Source of the DNA: Nitrospirota bacterium
GTDB lineage: Bacteria > Nitrospirota > UBA9217
Assembly: GCA_963796285.1 (NCBI GenBank)
Contig: CAWCKW010000013.1
Span: forward strand, 32,001-96,000
Reading direction: 5' to 3'
Length of the DNA: 64,000 nt
Shown here: piece after piece, positions 1 through 9,098 of the stretch
Numbering within the stretch: position 1 is the stretch's first letter
Layout of the letters: every line of letters starts with the position of its first letter
Made by a program: the position numbers and the translations under genes
The notes under the pieces: model-generated
Told to the model about the DNA's origin: nothing
Seen by the model: the letters and a program-made list of their open reading frames with translations, nothing else
The model's database searches: none

Positions 1-33
1 GTGAGTGGCATCATCAGAGGCAAGAATGGCCAT
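1..33 (-). CDS. 5' end of a gene running off the window (MAILASDDATH...)
   Basis: AAAGGAG RBS ahead of ATG at 33, co-oriented with the island. Confidence 0.5.
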   Translation of the reverse strand, partial: MAILASDDATH

Positions 34-111
34 TAGTCTCTCCTTTAGAACTTACAGAAAAAGTCATTCATTATAGAGTACCTTGTCGTCCCCGCTCAAA
101 CGGAGACCTGG

Positions 112-801
112 TTATGCTTTTGGAATCTCGGATTTCCTCCGTCGCGGGAATAACGGAATGAGCAGCACTGCTGATCTCAGCGTTGGCCAGCCTTTGACGG
201 CAAAGAACACGGCCAGGGACAGACACAAACCCACGCTCAGGCCGACCGACACAAAGGAAAGCGCGAACGCCGCAAGGTACATCAGCGGCCCGAATCGGTA
301 TTGCATGGTGATCTGCTTTATTTCCCTGTCATCCACGTTCTGTGCAAGAAGCCTTCCGTTCTTTGACGCGTGATGCCACAGGCCCTTGAACGCAAATGCG
401 ATCGCGACGTAGGTGCCGGCAAAGACCGCTCCCGCAACATTGGCTTCGGGGCGCGGGAGGTATTCCGCCAGCAGGGCCGTTGGAAAGGGCATGAACGTTA
501 TGAACAGAAGCAATAAGCCGTTCCAGTACAGGAAAGGATGATCGGTCCTCTGGATAAAGCTGAAGATCCGGTGATGATTTACCCAATTGGCAAAGATCGT
601 AATGAAGCTTGTCACGAAGGCAAGGTAATGCGGCCACTGTTTTATCAACGTTGATCCGAGGCTGCCGCCTGCACCAAGTTCCCGGGCCTTCGGCACATTG
701 ATCCCGAGAACCAGCAGGGTTATGGCAATGGCGAAAATGCCATCGCTGAAAGCCTCAATTCGCACGGTCTCATTCCGTTCGAACGTCGCCGGAACTTTCA
801 T
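112..801 (-). CDS. TMEM175/DUF1211 family potassium channel
   Basis: RIEAFSDGIFAIAITLLVL signature, multiple TM helices; start moved to MKVPATF at 801. Confidence 0.88.
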   Translation of the reverse strand: MKVPATFERNETVRIEAFSDGIFAIAITLLVLGINVPKARELGAGGSLGSTLIKQWPHYLAFVTSFITIFANWVNHHRIFSFIQRTDHPFLYWNGLLLLFITFMPFPTALLAEYLPRPEANVAGAVFAGTYVAIAFAFKGLWHHASKNGRLLAQNVDDREIKQITMQYRFGPLMYLAAFALSFVSVGLSVGLCLSLAVFFAVKGWPTLRSAVLLIPLFPRRRKSEIPKA

Positions 802-994
802 GGCATTCTCAGGTGTCGGTTCTTTTGTCCTGGCGGCGATATCAGCGCCGACAATTCGACCACGCTGCTCCGGCGCTGCAGCGGTCGATCCCGGACGGGG
901 ATCGAACCGTTTCCCTGTGGGATCATCCATGATTCCTACCTCGGCAATTTCCAGTCAGTCTTGGCGTTCATTAAAGCGCCGATATCAAGGAAGT

Positions 995-1181
995 CTATTT
1001 CCCCTTGATGTCATCCTGAATTTTCTTACCAGCCTTTTCCATCTGCTGTCCGCCTTGATCGACCGTCTTGTCGATTTTCTTGCCCGCGCGCTCTGCCGGA
1101 CCCTCGTGACAACCATACATCCCCACAAGCAGTAGACTCATGGCCAGCGCTGCGATAACACTCCTTCCAGATCTTCATCAT
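995..1181 (-). CDS. small lipoprotein (GCHEGPAERAGKKIDKTVDQGGQQMEKAGKKIQDDIKGK), with a +1 frameshift in the signal peptide
   Basis: AAGGAG RBS; removing one base near 1170 gives MMKIGRSVIAALAMSLLLVGMYGC; not in the ORF track. Confidence 0.7.
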
Positions 1182-1249
1182 GCGTATCTCCTTTTGCAGC
1201 AGTCATTTATCCGTACACGTTTAATCAGTTGTCATCTTTTTTAACACGG

Positions 1250-1360
1250 TTACGTCTGTCGCTGCGTTTTTACATAGTCCAGATATTTCTGCATATCCTG
1301 GCTGGTCCAGTCTTCAGGATGCTTGCCTATTTGAGATATGAATTGATCCAGGAGTTGCAT
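1250..1360 (-). CDS. 36-aa small ORF MQLLDQFISQIGKHPEDWTSQDMQKYLDYVKTQRQT
   Basis: GAGG RBS upstream of ATG; co-oriented. Confidence 0.4.
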   Translation of the reverse strand: MQLLDQFISQIGKHPEDWTSQDMQKYLDYVKTQRQT

Positions 1361-1486
1361 ACGATTATTTCCTCTATCTGCGTGCCCGGTTTGCTCAATC
1401 ACGAAATAAGCCACGCCTATTTCGTGATCAGCACCATCTCTGGGATCATGATGCCAGCCAATCCGATCAACTCGTTTTTTCTCACA

Positions 1487-1807
1487 TCACACCCGCGCCG
1501 CTTTTACCGCTTCCAACCCTGCTGTGGATGCAATGGTGTTGAACCTGATGTCCGGCTCTACGCGGAGCAGTCTCATTGCCCCGTTCAAGACACCGAAATG
1601 GTCGGACCGCAGATGGTTTTCCAGGTCCTCTCTGGTCTTCCACTCCTCCTCGAAGAAGAAGATGCGTTCATCCTCCACATCCACGTAGCAATTGCAGCTT
1701 ATGCAGCCGTGTTCGCGCCGGATCGGGCCAAGTATCGCTTTTACCGTCTGAAGGACTTCCTTCCGTTTCTCAACAGGCACCGTCATTTTAATGGTGGTTT
1801 CGATCAT
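1487..1807 (-). CDS. ABM (antibiotic biosynthesis monooxygenase)/putative quinol monooxygenase family protein
   Basis: IRREHGCISC...FFEEEWKTREDLENHLRSDHF pattern; GAGGAG RBS before MIETT. Confidence 0.8.
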   Translation of the reverse strand: MIETTIKMTVPVEKRKEVLQTVKAILGPIRREHGCISCNCYVDVEDERIFFFEEEWKTREDLENHLRSDHFGVLNGAMRLLRVEPDIRFNTIASTAGLEAVKAARV

Positions 1808-1947
1808 GGACGATCTCCTCGAGATGTGAAGCTGATGGCGCATAGGATCTTTGCCCATGTCTCACACCCCACCGACTCTATTCTTTTTCTCCCCAGAATG
1901 ATTCTTATCATTGCAGTTTTCCCTTTATTTTGTCATATTGAGCCGAC

Positions 1948-2457
1948 TTATTTCCCCTTCATGACGCACTCCTGGTCGTGCTTCATTCCCATTCCCTCCA
2001 TCATTGGCCCCGCCTCCATCATCTCTCTCAACTTCTTCCGCTGTTCAGGTGTCAGTTTGGTTTTGCATTCTTCCATGGCCTTTATGTGAGAAAGATGCAT
2101 TTCGGTCTTTATCATTTCCAACTGTTTCACTTTTGCCTCAACTGCCTTCATGTCCACGGTGTCCTGGCTGAGAAGGTCCTTGAGTTCGATCTGGACGATG
2201 CGCATGTCTGCCGTCCGCTTGATCGTCTCTTTCATCATTCTGCTCTTGATCTGACCTATCGAAGCTTTCTGCTTTTCATCCAGGTTAAGGTCCATAAGTT
2301 GCTTCGGCATGTGATGTTCTGACTCCATCATCTGCCCATCCCTGTCGCAACCACACATCATTCCCGGTCCCATACCCTGACCGCCCATCTCTCCATAGGC
2401 AAGTGCTGCAAACGCAACGATCGAAACTGCTGCCGCTATTGCTGCTAACTTTTTCAT
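1948..2457 (-). CDS. Spy/CpxP-like periplasmic protein
   Basis: signal peptide, Met/Gly-rich N-terminus, LNLDEKQK and LTPEQRKKL (LTxxQ) motifs. Confidence 0.8.
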   Translation of the reverse strand: MKKLAAIAAAVSIVAFAALAYGEMGGQGMGPGMMCGCDRDGQMMESEHHMPKQLMDLNLDEKQKASIGQIKSRMMKETIKRTADMRIVQIELKDLLSQDTVDMKAVEAKVKQLEMIKTEMHLSHIKAMEECKTKLTPEQRKKLREMMEAGPMMEGMGMKHDQECVMKGK

Positions 2458-2720
2458 CTCAAATCTCCTTTTTAATGGTTCCGAGTATCTGTTTATAAAT
2501 ACAGCGAATGTTCAAGTAAGCAACATTCTCTCATTCCTGAAGGCTTTCGGGATTGAAGAAAGATTCATCTGATACAACGGGGTCGGCCGAACCCCAAACC
2601 TGGTGGACCGGCAAGCCGGAAAGACAGAAAACGGCGATCGCATTCACTTCCTTGGAGATACCTTTGCTATTCAGGCACACATACTCCGTTTTCACTCCAT
2701 GGCGAATATGTTCAGACCCT

Positions 2721-2912
2721 TCACTTCCCAACGCGAATCGTTGAGAGGTTTCCGATGAGTCCGAAGACACTTAACAGCCATAGAATCACAACAATGACCA
2801 CTACCACATTCAATATTTTCTTTATGGTAGACTGCATCGGTATGTAGCTGTTAATCACCCATAGGATCACTCCAACAACAACCAAAACGATCACTAATTG
2901 AATTAACGGCAT
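2721..2912 (-). CDS. Thivi_2564-family small two-TM membrane protein
   Basis: LVVVGVILWVINSYIPM...IKKILNVVVVIVVILWLL pattern; AAAGGAG RBS. Confidence 0.8.
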   Translation of the reverse strand: MPLIQLVIVLVVVGVILWVINSYIPMQSTIKKILNVVVVIVVILWLLSVFGLIGNLSTIRVGK

Positions 2913-3090
2913 GGCATTTCTCCTTTCATTCTTTGCATCTTTACCGTTGTAGATCGTTATTCAACTCCGGCAGCAAAAGCTTCCCGCAGGGCTTGCCGTG
3001 TCAGCGCATTACCATGCGGCTGTCTTTGCTCGCATCTCGCATCTCTCTATTAGACATGTTCATCATTACTTCTCGCGAGCTTGAATCGCC

Positions 3091-3243
3091 TCATATCCTC
3101 CCGAGGAGCAACAGGATGATCAGAATCAAAAGGATCAATCCGAGTCCGCCGCTGGGATAGTATCCCCAGCTCCTGCTGTGAGGCCAGGTGGGTAGTGCGC
3201 CGATAACCACGAGGACTAAAATGATGATCAGTATCGTGCCCAT
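3091..3243 (-). CDS. DUF3309 family small membrane protein (copy 1)
   Basis: GALPTWPHSRSWGYYPSGGLG motif; AAGGAG RBS before MGTIL. Confidence 0.9.
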   Translation of the reverse strand: MGTILIIILVLVVIGALPTWPHSRSWGYYPSGGLGLILLILIILLLLGRI

Positions 3244-3426
3244 GTTTTTTCTCCTTTCCCTGTTGCTTGTCCAGGTCCCTGCGTATGCTCTGCGGCTCGC
3301 CGCGCGAACATCGCTCGCCGTCGAGGTCCACTGCGTCGGGGCCGAAGGCGGAGACCCCTGGTCATCGGCGGGGATGAATGCCCCGCCCATGAAGTCGAGT
3401 CCCACGAAATGTGAGATGCAAGCTTA

Positions 3427-3573
3427 TCAAGGTCTCCGGCCCGTGATGACACTGATCAAGATCACTACTATCGCGAGCACAAGCAAAATATGGATGAACC
3501 CGCCCATCGTGTAACTGCTCACCAGCCCCAGCGCCCAGAGAACTATCAATATCACAGCGATTGTCCACAACAT
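3427..3573 (-). CDS. lmo0937-family small membrane protein (copy 1)
   Basis: hand translation MLWTIAVILIVLWALGLVSSYTMGGFIHILLVLAIVVILISVITGRRP; GGAGG RBS; missed by the ORF track. Confidence 0.88.
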   Translation of the reverse strand: MLWTIAVILIVLWALGLVSSYTMGGFIHILLVLAIVVILISVITGRRP

Positions 3574-3690
3574 ATGATCCTCCTTCCAATAGGTTCTTTG
3601 TCGTCCGGTTATGCAACGTTAATTACTTTCCTGCCCTACCCGACAGATTTTATCGATGGCAGCCCTAGAGGGGTTAAACTTTGTTTCATC

Positions 3691-4371
3691 CTATTTTCTA
3701 TCATGTTTTTCTTCCTCCCCTTGTTTCGGTTTTTCCTTTCGAGGTTTGGATTTTTGTGTTTTCTCCTGGTGTTGTGAAGGCGAGCGCTGTTGTTGCATCT
3801 TACCTGCTTGCGGTCGCGATTGTTGCGGTTTTACTGCCTCGCGAGATCGCGGCTTCGCCTGAGTTCCTGGTTGAACCGCTCGAGACGGCTGCTGTGATCG
3901 CGTACGGGGTTGCAATCCCTGGACACCCCAAGTCTGCTGCTTCTCCCAATGCCTGCTCTGTTGCCAGCCCCTCCAGTTTTGTTGAATTTGCTGGTGAGGT
4001 ATTCGTTGATAATTCCACTGATGCCCTCTCCAACGATGGTCCCTGTAGTCATTCCTCCAACTCGGCGGTATACTCCTATAAAAGGAAGGGACCCTTTGAT
4101 AATAGACCCAACCCGCGTTATAGTCTCGTGAGCGATACCAGCGGCCTTCCCAGGGACGCCACCACCAGCCATTGTAGAAAAAGATGTCCACGTCCACGTC
4201 AGGGACGACGTAGACATACGTCTCAGGCAGCACTATCATCTCCGGTGGTGCTGCAAATACGATAGGCGGCGGTAGAGCAATACTAACGCTTACATCTACC
4301 CCTGCCATCGTCGGAATAGGAACAACAATTACAAACGCTAAAAGCATTATTCCATATAATAACTTTTTCAT
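3691..4371 (-). CDS. exported Trp/Arg/Gln-rich hypothetical protein
   Basis: signal peptide, PPPIVFAAPP, GWWWRPWEGRWYR, low-complexity tail. Confidence 0.75.
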   Translation of the reverse strand: MKKLLYGIMLLAFVIVVPIPTMAGVDVSVSIALPPPIVFAAPPEMIVLPETYVYVVPDVDVDIFFYNGWWWRPWEGRWYRSRDYNAGWVYYQRVPSFYRSIPPSWRNDYRDHRWRGHQWNYQRIPHQQIQQNWRGWQQSRHWEKQQTWGVQGLQPRTRSQQPSRAVQPGTQAKPRSREAVKPQQSRPQAGKMQQQRSPSQHQEKTQKSKPRKEKPKQGEEEKHDRK

Positions 4372-4443
4372 GTTATTGCCTCCTGCAAATGCTTCTTATG
4401 TTTCAGACGAGTTCATATTGACTTATCGTGCGCCAGAATCTCT

Positions 4444-4596
4444 TCAGATCACCCCAAGGAGCAACAGGATGATCAGAATCAAAAGGATCAATCCGAGTCC
4501 GCCGCTGGGATAGTATCCCCAACTCCTGCTGTGAGGCCAGGTAGGTAGTGCCCCGATAACCACGAGAACTAAAATGATGATCAGTATTGTGCCCAT
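4444..4596 (-). CDS. DUF3309 family small membrane protein (copy 2)
   Basis: differs from 3091-3243 at one residue. Confidence 0.9.
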   Translation of the reverse strand: MGTILIIILVLVVIGALPTWPHSRSWGYYPSGGLGLILLILIILLLLGVI

Positions 4597-4834
4597 GTCT
4601 TTTCTCCTTTCCTGTTGCCTGTCCGAATCCCTGCGTATGCTCTGCGGCTCGTTGCTCGAAAAAACGCTTGCCATCGGGGTCCACTGCGTCGGGGCCGAAG
4701 TTGGAGACCCCTGGTCAAGGGCGGGGATGAATGCCCCGCCCGCGAAGTCGAGTCCCGCGAAATGTGCGAAGCGAGCTATCTCTCTTAATTTTTACTCAAT
4801 GTAACTACGGCAAATCATACCGGGAAATTATTTA

Positions 4835-4981
4835 TCAAGGTCTCCGGCCCTGGATGACGCTGATCACGATCACTACAAGTGCGAGCACAAGCAAAATATG
4901 GATGAACCCGCCCATCGTGTAACTGCTCACCAGCCCCAGCGCCCAGAGAACTATCAGTATCACAGCGATTGTCCACAACAT
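4835..4981 (-). CDS. lmo0937-family small membrane protein (copy 2)
   Basis: near-identical to 3427-3573; GGAGG RBS. Confidence 0.88.
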   Translation of the reverse strand: MLWTIAVILIVLWALGLVSSYTMGGFIHILLVLALVVIVISVIQGRRP

Positions 4982-5065
4982 ATGATCCTCCTTTCAGTTT
5001 GCTTTAGGTTAACTGCCGGCTTGCGCGCCTCGCGCCAGCCGGCAACGATCCAGGGTCTCGTTGGA

Positions 5066-5821
5066 CTACTCGATGGTCATCCGGTTCTTTACGCTCTTCA
5101 CACCCTTTACGTCGTCGGCGATTTTGCTTGCCAGGTCCTTTTCGGCTGCGTTCCCGGCCTTGCCGCTCAACGTGACCACGCCATGCTTTGTCTCGACCTT
5201 GGTCTTGAGTGCACTGGTCGATCGATGGAACAACAACGTCATTTTTACCTGGGCGGTAATGGAGGCGTCATCGATCTTATCACCCGTTGACCTCTGTGTC
5301 TTTTTCGCGGTATTAGACAGCGTCATCTCATTTTTAACGTCTTTGACCCCTTCGACATCCTTGGCGTATTCGGTCGTCAGTTCCTTTTCCGCCTGGTTGG
5401 CCGCCTCACCTTGCAAGGTGACGACTCCATCTGTAGTTTTAACCTCCGTCATGGCGCTCACGCTCCGATGAAACAGGAGCGTGCTTTTTACTTTCGCAGT
5501 CAGCCACGCATCCGAGTTCTCAGCGGGGTGCTCGCCTTTGACGTCCAGCTTGTTGTCCACGCTTTTGACCCCGGGCAGGCCCGCTACGGTCTCCTGGGCC
5601 AGCGATTTGTGGGATTCCTCTGAGACGTTCCCCGTCAAGGTGACGGCGCCGTCCTTGGACTGGATCTTGATATCATCGTTTTTTAGGTAGGTCTTGAACA
5701 CATACGACTTTTTAGCTGATGATTCGATGCGGTCATCCGTCTTGGAAGCGTACACCGGCACACTGATCACCAACAGCGCGACCGCGGCCACCATCAGAGC
5801 TATGGAATATATTGCTTTCAT
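5066..5821 (-). CDS. OsmY-like triple BON-domain periplasmic protein
   Basis: signal peptide; three BON repeats (GAVTLTG..GVKSVDNKL, DAWLTAKVK, DDASITAQVK); AAGGAG RBS before MKAIY. Confidence 0.9.
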   Translation of the reverse strand: MKAIYSIALMVAAVALLVISVPVYASKTDDRIESSAKKSYVFKTYLKNDDIKIQSKDGAVTLTGNVSEESHKSLAQETVAGLPGVKSVDNKLDVKGEHPAENSDAWLTAKVKSTLLFHRSVSAMTEVKTTDGVVTLQGEAANQAEKELTTEYAKDVEGVKDVKNEMTLSNTAKKTQRSTGDKIDDASITAQVKMTLLFHRSTSALKTKVETKHGVVTLSGKAGNAAEKDLASKIADDVKGVKSVKNRMTIE

Positions 5822-5970
5822 GGACATTCTCCTTTTTATTGTCGTTTCTGATTTTTTTGAATTCTTTCCATCCGAAGATCTCATGCCTTTCGGAGTCCCG
5901 GTTGTGGTGGAACATTCTGCCTCGGCTACGGGTTTCAAGGACATCGTGGGCGCATGATACGCCGCCCTCA

Positions 5971-6150
5971 CTATTTCCCCAGGACCTTCTCGACCTGTCC
6001 GACCTTTTTCTGCACTTTGCCGGCTATCTTTTCGTCTGTTCCTTCGTCTTTCAACTTGGGATTATCGGTGATTTTCCCGGCCACTTCCTTGACCTTGCCC
6101 TTTGCTTCGTGAAACTTGCCTTCAGCCTGGTCCTTCGTGCTGGATTTCAT
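5971..6150 (-). CDS. csbD: CsbD family general stress protein (copy 1)
   Basis: hand translation MKSSTKDQAEGKFHEAKGKVKEVAGKITDNPKLKDEG...; AAGGAGG RBS. Confidence 0.9.
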   Translation of the reverse strand: MKSSTKDQAEGKFHEAKGKVKEVAGKITDNPKLKDEGTDEKIAGKVQKKVGQVEKVLGK

Positions 6151-6277
6151 AGTGTCCCTCCTTTGGTTAGGATCTCGAATTGACTGCTGGTGCTTTAGCC
6201 GAAGTCAACTCAGTAATTAACCTTCTGCCTGAGACGACTTGAGGGCCAGGTACTTTCGACCGTTTTCCCGCTCATGT

Positions 6278-6568
6278 TCACTTGAACCTCGAACTCGCAT
6301 CGTGGTAGGCGGCCTTCACTTCAGCCCAGACTTTTTCCGCGCCTGTCTTGATGTCTCCCCATGCCTCATCGCCGGCGGCTTTCAACTCCTGCAGCTTCTT
6401 CCCAGCATCATTCTGCTTTCTTTGCAGGGTTTCGATGGTTTTGTGGTATTCGATCCTCACATCGGCCTTGGCATTGTCCGCCTTGGCCTTGAGCAGGGCG
6501 ATCTGCGCGCTCCACTCCTTCAACTGAGCATCGAGCTTTTCTTCGTATGCTTTTCTCTTATCATTCAT
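6278..6568 (-). CDS. small coiled-coil conserved hypothetical protein
   Basis: RKAYEEKLDAQLKEW...AGDEAWGDIKTGAEKVW pattern. Confidence 0.8.
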   Translation of the reverse strand: MNDKRKAYEEKLDAQLKEWSAQIALLKAKADNAKADVRIEYHKTIETLQRKQNDAGKKLQELKAAGDEAWGDIKTGAEKVWAEVKAAYHDASSRFK

Positions 6569-6675
6569 AACAACCCCCATGATTGAAACGTTCTGCCTTC
6601 GATCCGGCCTTGCTTCCCGGGACCGGCAGCACGATGCCGTCCCATGTTATTCATCCGGACCTGATAAACTCGAGG

Positions 6676-6807
6676 TTACGGATGCGGAGGCATGGGCAGG
6701 TGCCCTGGTCCAGGCATGTGCCCAGGTCCTCCTGGAAAGAAGCATCCTGAAAGAGCAAGTATTGCCACGCATATAAGTAATGCTATTATTATCCAAGTTT
6801 TATTCAT
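6676..6807 (-). CDS. 43-aa lipoprotein with a Pro/Gly/His-rich tail
   Basis: AAGGAG RBS; MNKTWIIIALLICVAILALSGCFFPGGPGHMPGPGHLPMPPHP; LSGC lipobox. Confidence 0.75.
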   Translation of the reverse strand: MNKTWIIIALLICVAILALSGCFFPGGPGHMPGPGHLPMPPHP

Positions 6808-6927
6808 GATGTATCTCCTTTGGTTATTGCGTGATGTATTCTTTCATATGTATGCCCTCATGCTTGCAGGGCATAATGGTATTGATGTCTCATGCAACCG
6901 GCCAGTACTTCAATCGCATAGTTGCGA

Positions 6928-7149
6928 TCAGCTTTTTTTGCTGCCCGTGACCAGCAGTACGATGCCGCCGATAATCGCAATAGCGCCCACAATCGGAGGC
7001 AGTGGAAGCGTTCTCGTCCTGTCAGCCGACATGTGCACGGGCCCGAGGTCGACGACCTTCTCTCTGGTCGTGTATTCAATGCCCTGATACGCAAAGGCTA
7101 TGATCCCCAAAACAATGAGGATGATGCCTAGCAACGTGTTTGTTCTCAT
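6928..7149 (-). CDS. DUF3185-like small two-TM membrane protein
   Basis: GIILIVLGIIAFAYQGI-YTTREKVVDLGP...PLPPIVGAIAIIGG. Confidence 0.8.
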   Translation of the reverse strand: MRTNTLLGIILIVLGIIAFAYQGIEYTTREKVVDLGPVHMSADRTRTLPLPPIVGAIAIIGGIVLLVTGSKKS

Positions 7150-7166
7150 TTTGTGCCGCCTCCCGT

Positions 7167-8147
7167 CTAAGGGTTGGGTGTCTGCGCTTCACGTTCGATG
7201 ACGATCTCGACGCGGCGGTTGTTGGCGCGCCCCTCGGGTGAAGCGTTGTCGGCTATCGGGCTGCCCTCGCCCTTTCCGCGCGCCTGGATGCGGTCGGCTG
7301 GGTAGCCTTTCTGTACGAGGTAATCGCGGACCGCGTCGGCCCTGCGTTGCGAGAGGCCCTGGTTGTATGACTCGGAGCCCCGCGAATCGGTGTGCCCTTC
7401 CACGATGAGGTTGCGCGCGCGGACCGCAATTAACGCTTTGGCCACCTGGTCAAGCTTTTCTCGCGCGGAGGACATCAAGGTTGCCTCGGCGGACCGAAAG
7501 AGAATGCTTCCTGAGAGCGTGACAACCAGTCCGCGTTCCTCTTCCTTGACCGCGGCGAGCTTGGCGAGATCGGCTTCCGCTTTCTCCTTGCTTGCCTTTT
7601 CAGCGGCCAGAGCGGCCAGAGCTTCGGCCGTTGTCTTCTGGGATTCACTCATTTCCTGCTTCTGCTTCTCTATCTCGGCTTGCTGCTTCTGGAGTTCGGC
7701 GTCCGTTTTTTCTTTTTCCTTGGCTGCCTGTTCGGCGGCAATGGCGGCAAGCGCTTCCGCATGCTGCTTCTCGGCTTCGCTCAAAGCCTGTTTCCCCTGC
7801 TTCACCATCTCGGCTTGTTGCTTCAGGTATTCGGCGTCTGCTTTATCTTTTTTTGCTTTGGCGTCGGCCGTGTCGGCGAGCGCTCCCGCGAGTTCAGCCT
7901 TGCGCTGGGCGACATAAGCGAGATCTTTCGTTTTGTCCGACTTTGGTTCCTTCTGGAATGACTGTTCCGCCTGGACGAGCGCCTCATGCGCCTTGTGTAA
8001 TTCCGCCGGCACGAGTTTCTCCGCCGGACCCTCGCTCGCATGCTGGTAGGCCGCGCGAGCGTTGACGAGTTCACTTGGCGCCTTGGCTGCGCAGCCGGCG
8101 ACGAGCGCGACCAACGCGGCTATGATCAAAAATTGCATCGTTTTCAT
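7167..8147 (-). CDS. DUF4398-OmpA peptidoglycan-binding lipoprotein
   Basis: VAGC lipobox, duplicated coiled-coil repeat, VEGHTDSRG..NQGLSQRRA..NRRVEI OmpA domain. Confidence 0.9.
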   Translation of the reverse strand: MKTMQFLIIAALVALVAGCAAKAPSELVNARAAYQHASEGPAEKLVPAELHKAHEALVQAEQSFQKEPKSDKTKDLAYVAQRKAELAGALADTADAKAKKDKADAEYLKQQAEMVKQGKQALSEAEKQHAEALAAIAAEQAAKEKEKTDAELQKQQAEIEKQKQEMSESQKTTAEALAALAAEKASKEKAEADLAKLAAVKEEERGLVVTLSGSILFRSAEATLMSSAREKLDQVAKALIAVRARNLIVEGHTDSRGSESYNQGLSQRRADAVRDYLVQKGYPADRIQARGKGEGSPIADNASPEGRANNRRVEIVIEREAQTPNP

Positions 8148-8175
8148 AATATCCTCCTTTTGGGTTATGATCGGG

Positions 8176-8541
8176 TCATGGGTTTTCTTGCCTGAGTTTT
8201 TGCACACGCTCCACTGCTGCCTGGGCCTCCGCCTTCTCAGCCTCCCCGCGCGAGAGCGCGACAGCCAGCTCGGCGTCGGCTTCTGACCGCATCAGCATGT
8301 ACGCGGCCTTCTCCTTCTGGCCAATCGAAGCCAACTCCTTGGCTCGGTCCAGTTCCTCCTTGGCGAGTTGCAAATGAAGCGAGGCTTGCGGTACTTTGCC
8401 TGCCCCGGCCTCCTCGGCTGCGCGGATCGCCGACGTTGACGACTCTGTGCGCAGCGGGGCGCTTTTGCATCCCGCGGTGATTGCAATGGCCGAGACGGCC
8501 ACGGCGAACACCATAATTCCGATCTTGGATACGTGTCTCAT
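8176..8541 (-). CDS. DUF4398 family lipoprotein
   Basis: TAGC lipobox; AIRAAEEAGA..LQLAKEEL..SEADAELAVA; sits directly upstream of the OmpA gene. Confidence 0.85.
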   Translation of the reverse strand: MRHVSKIGIMVFAVAVSAIAITAGCKSAPLRTESSTSAIRAAEEAGAGKVPQASLHLQLAKEELDRAKELASIGQKEKAAYMLMRSEADAELAVALSRGEAEKAEAQAAVERVQKLRQENP

Positions 8542-8569
8542 GTAGTCCTCCTTTTGTCATCAGTTTGGT

Positions 8570-8690
8570 TTATGAACTGCCGCAAACCTGCCCGGCTCTG
8601 CGCCAGTGAATGAGCCCTACCATCGTATAACTGCCCAACCTGCCCGAGTACCCATACAATCATCAGTACCACAGCGATCGTCCACAATAT
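8570..8690 (-). pseudogene. degenerate third lmo0937-family copy
   Basis: GAAGGAGG RBS, then ATA (lost ATG) LWTIAVVLMIVWVLGQVG, frameshift, SYTMVGLIH. Confidence 0.7.
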
Positions 8691-8767
8691 TTGGTCCTCC
8701 TTCCTGATTGCTCAGTCGCGTTGCACACGCGCTGATTGATCCGGCAATCCACGTATACCTGAACTCA

Positions 8768-8895
8768 ACACTCGATGGTCATCCGTTTCTTTACACTCTT
8801 TACACCATGTACGTCGTTGACGACTTTGCTTGCCGGTCCTTTTCCGCTGCGTTCCCGGCCTTGCCACTCAACGTGACCACTCCAGGCTTTGTCTC
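8768..8895 (-). pseudogene. 3' fragment of a second BON gene
   Basis: aligns by eye with 5066-5195 (ETK.GVVTLSGKAGNAAEKD...GVKSVK.RMTIE), with a frameshift. Confidence 0.8.
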
Positions 8896-8918
8896 CGGCG
8901 CCTGATACACCGCCCTCG

Positions 8919-9098
8919 CTACTTCCCCAGGACCTTCTTGACCTGAGCGATCTTTTCCTGCATTTTGCCGGCTATCTTTTCGCCCTTTCCTTCGATTTCC
9001 AACTTGGGATTATCGGTGATTTTTCCGGCCATTTCCTTGACCTTGCCCTTTGCTTCGTGAAACGTGCCTTTCACTTTGTCTTGCATGCTGGATTTCAT
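8919..9098 (-). CDS. csbD: CsbD family general stress protein (copy 2)
   Basis: MKSSMQDKVKGTFHEAKGKVKEMAGKITDNPKLEIEG...; AGGAGG RBS. Confidence 0.9.
   Translation of the reverse strand: MKSSMQDKVKGTFHEAKGKVKEMAGKITDNPKLEIEGKGEKIAGKMQEKIAQVKKVLGK

Noticed and set aside
1250-1485. Possible longer pseudogene through the 1398-1428 hairpin
   Set aside because: On recounting, the upstream GTG frame is not in frame with the 36-aa ORF
2531-2720. 79-aa ORF overlapping the Thivi_2564 gene
   Set aside because: No RBS or motif, and the start overlaps a real gene; may be a relic but cannot be supported
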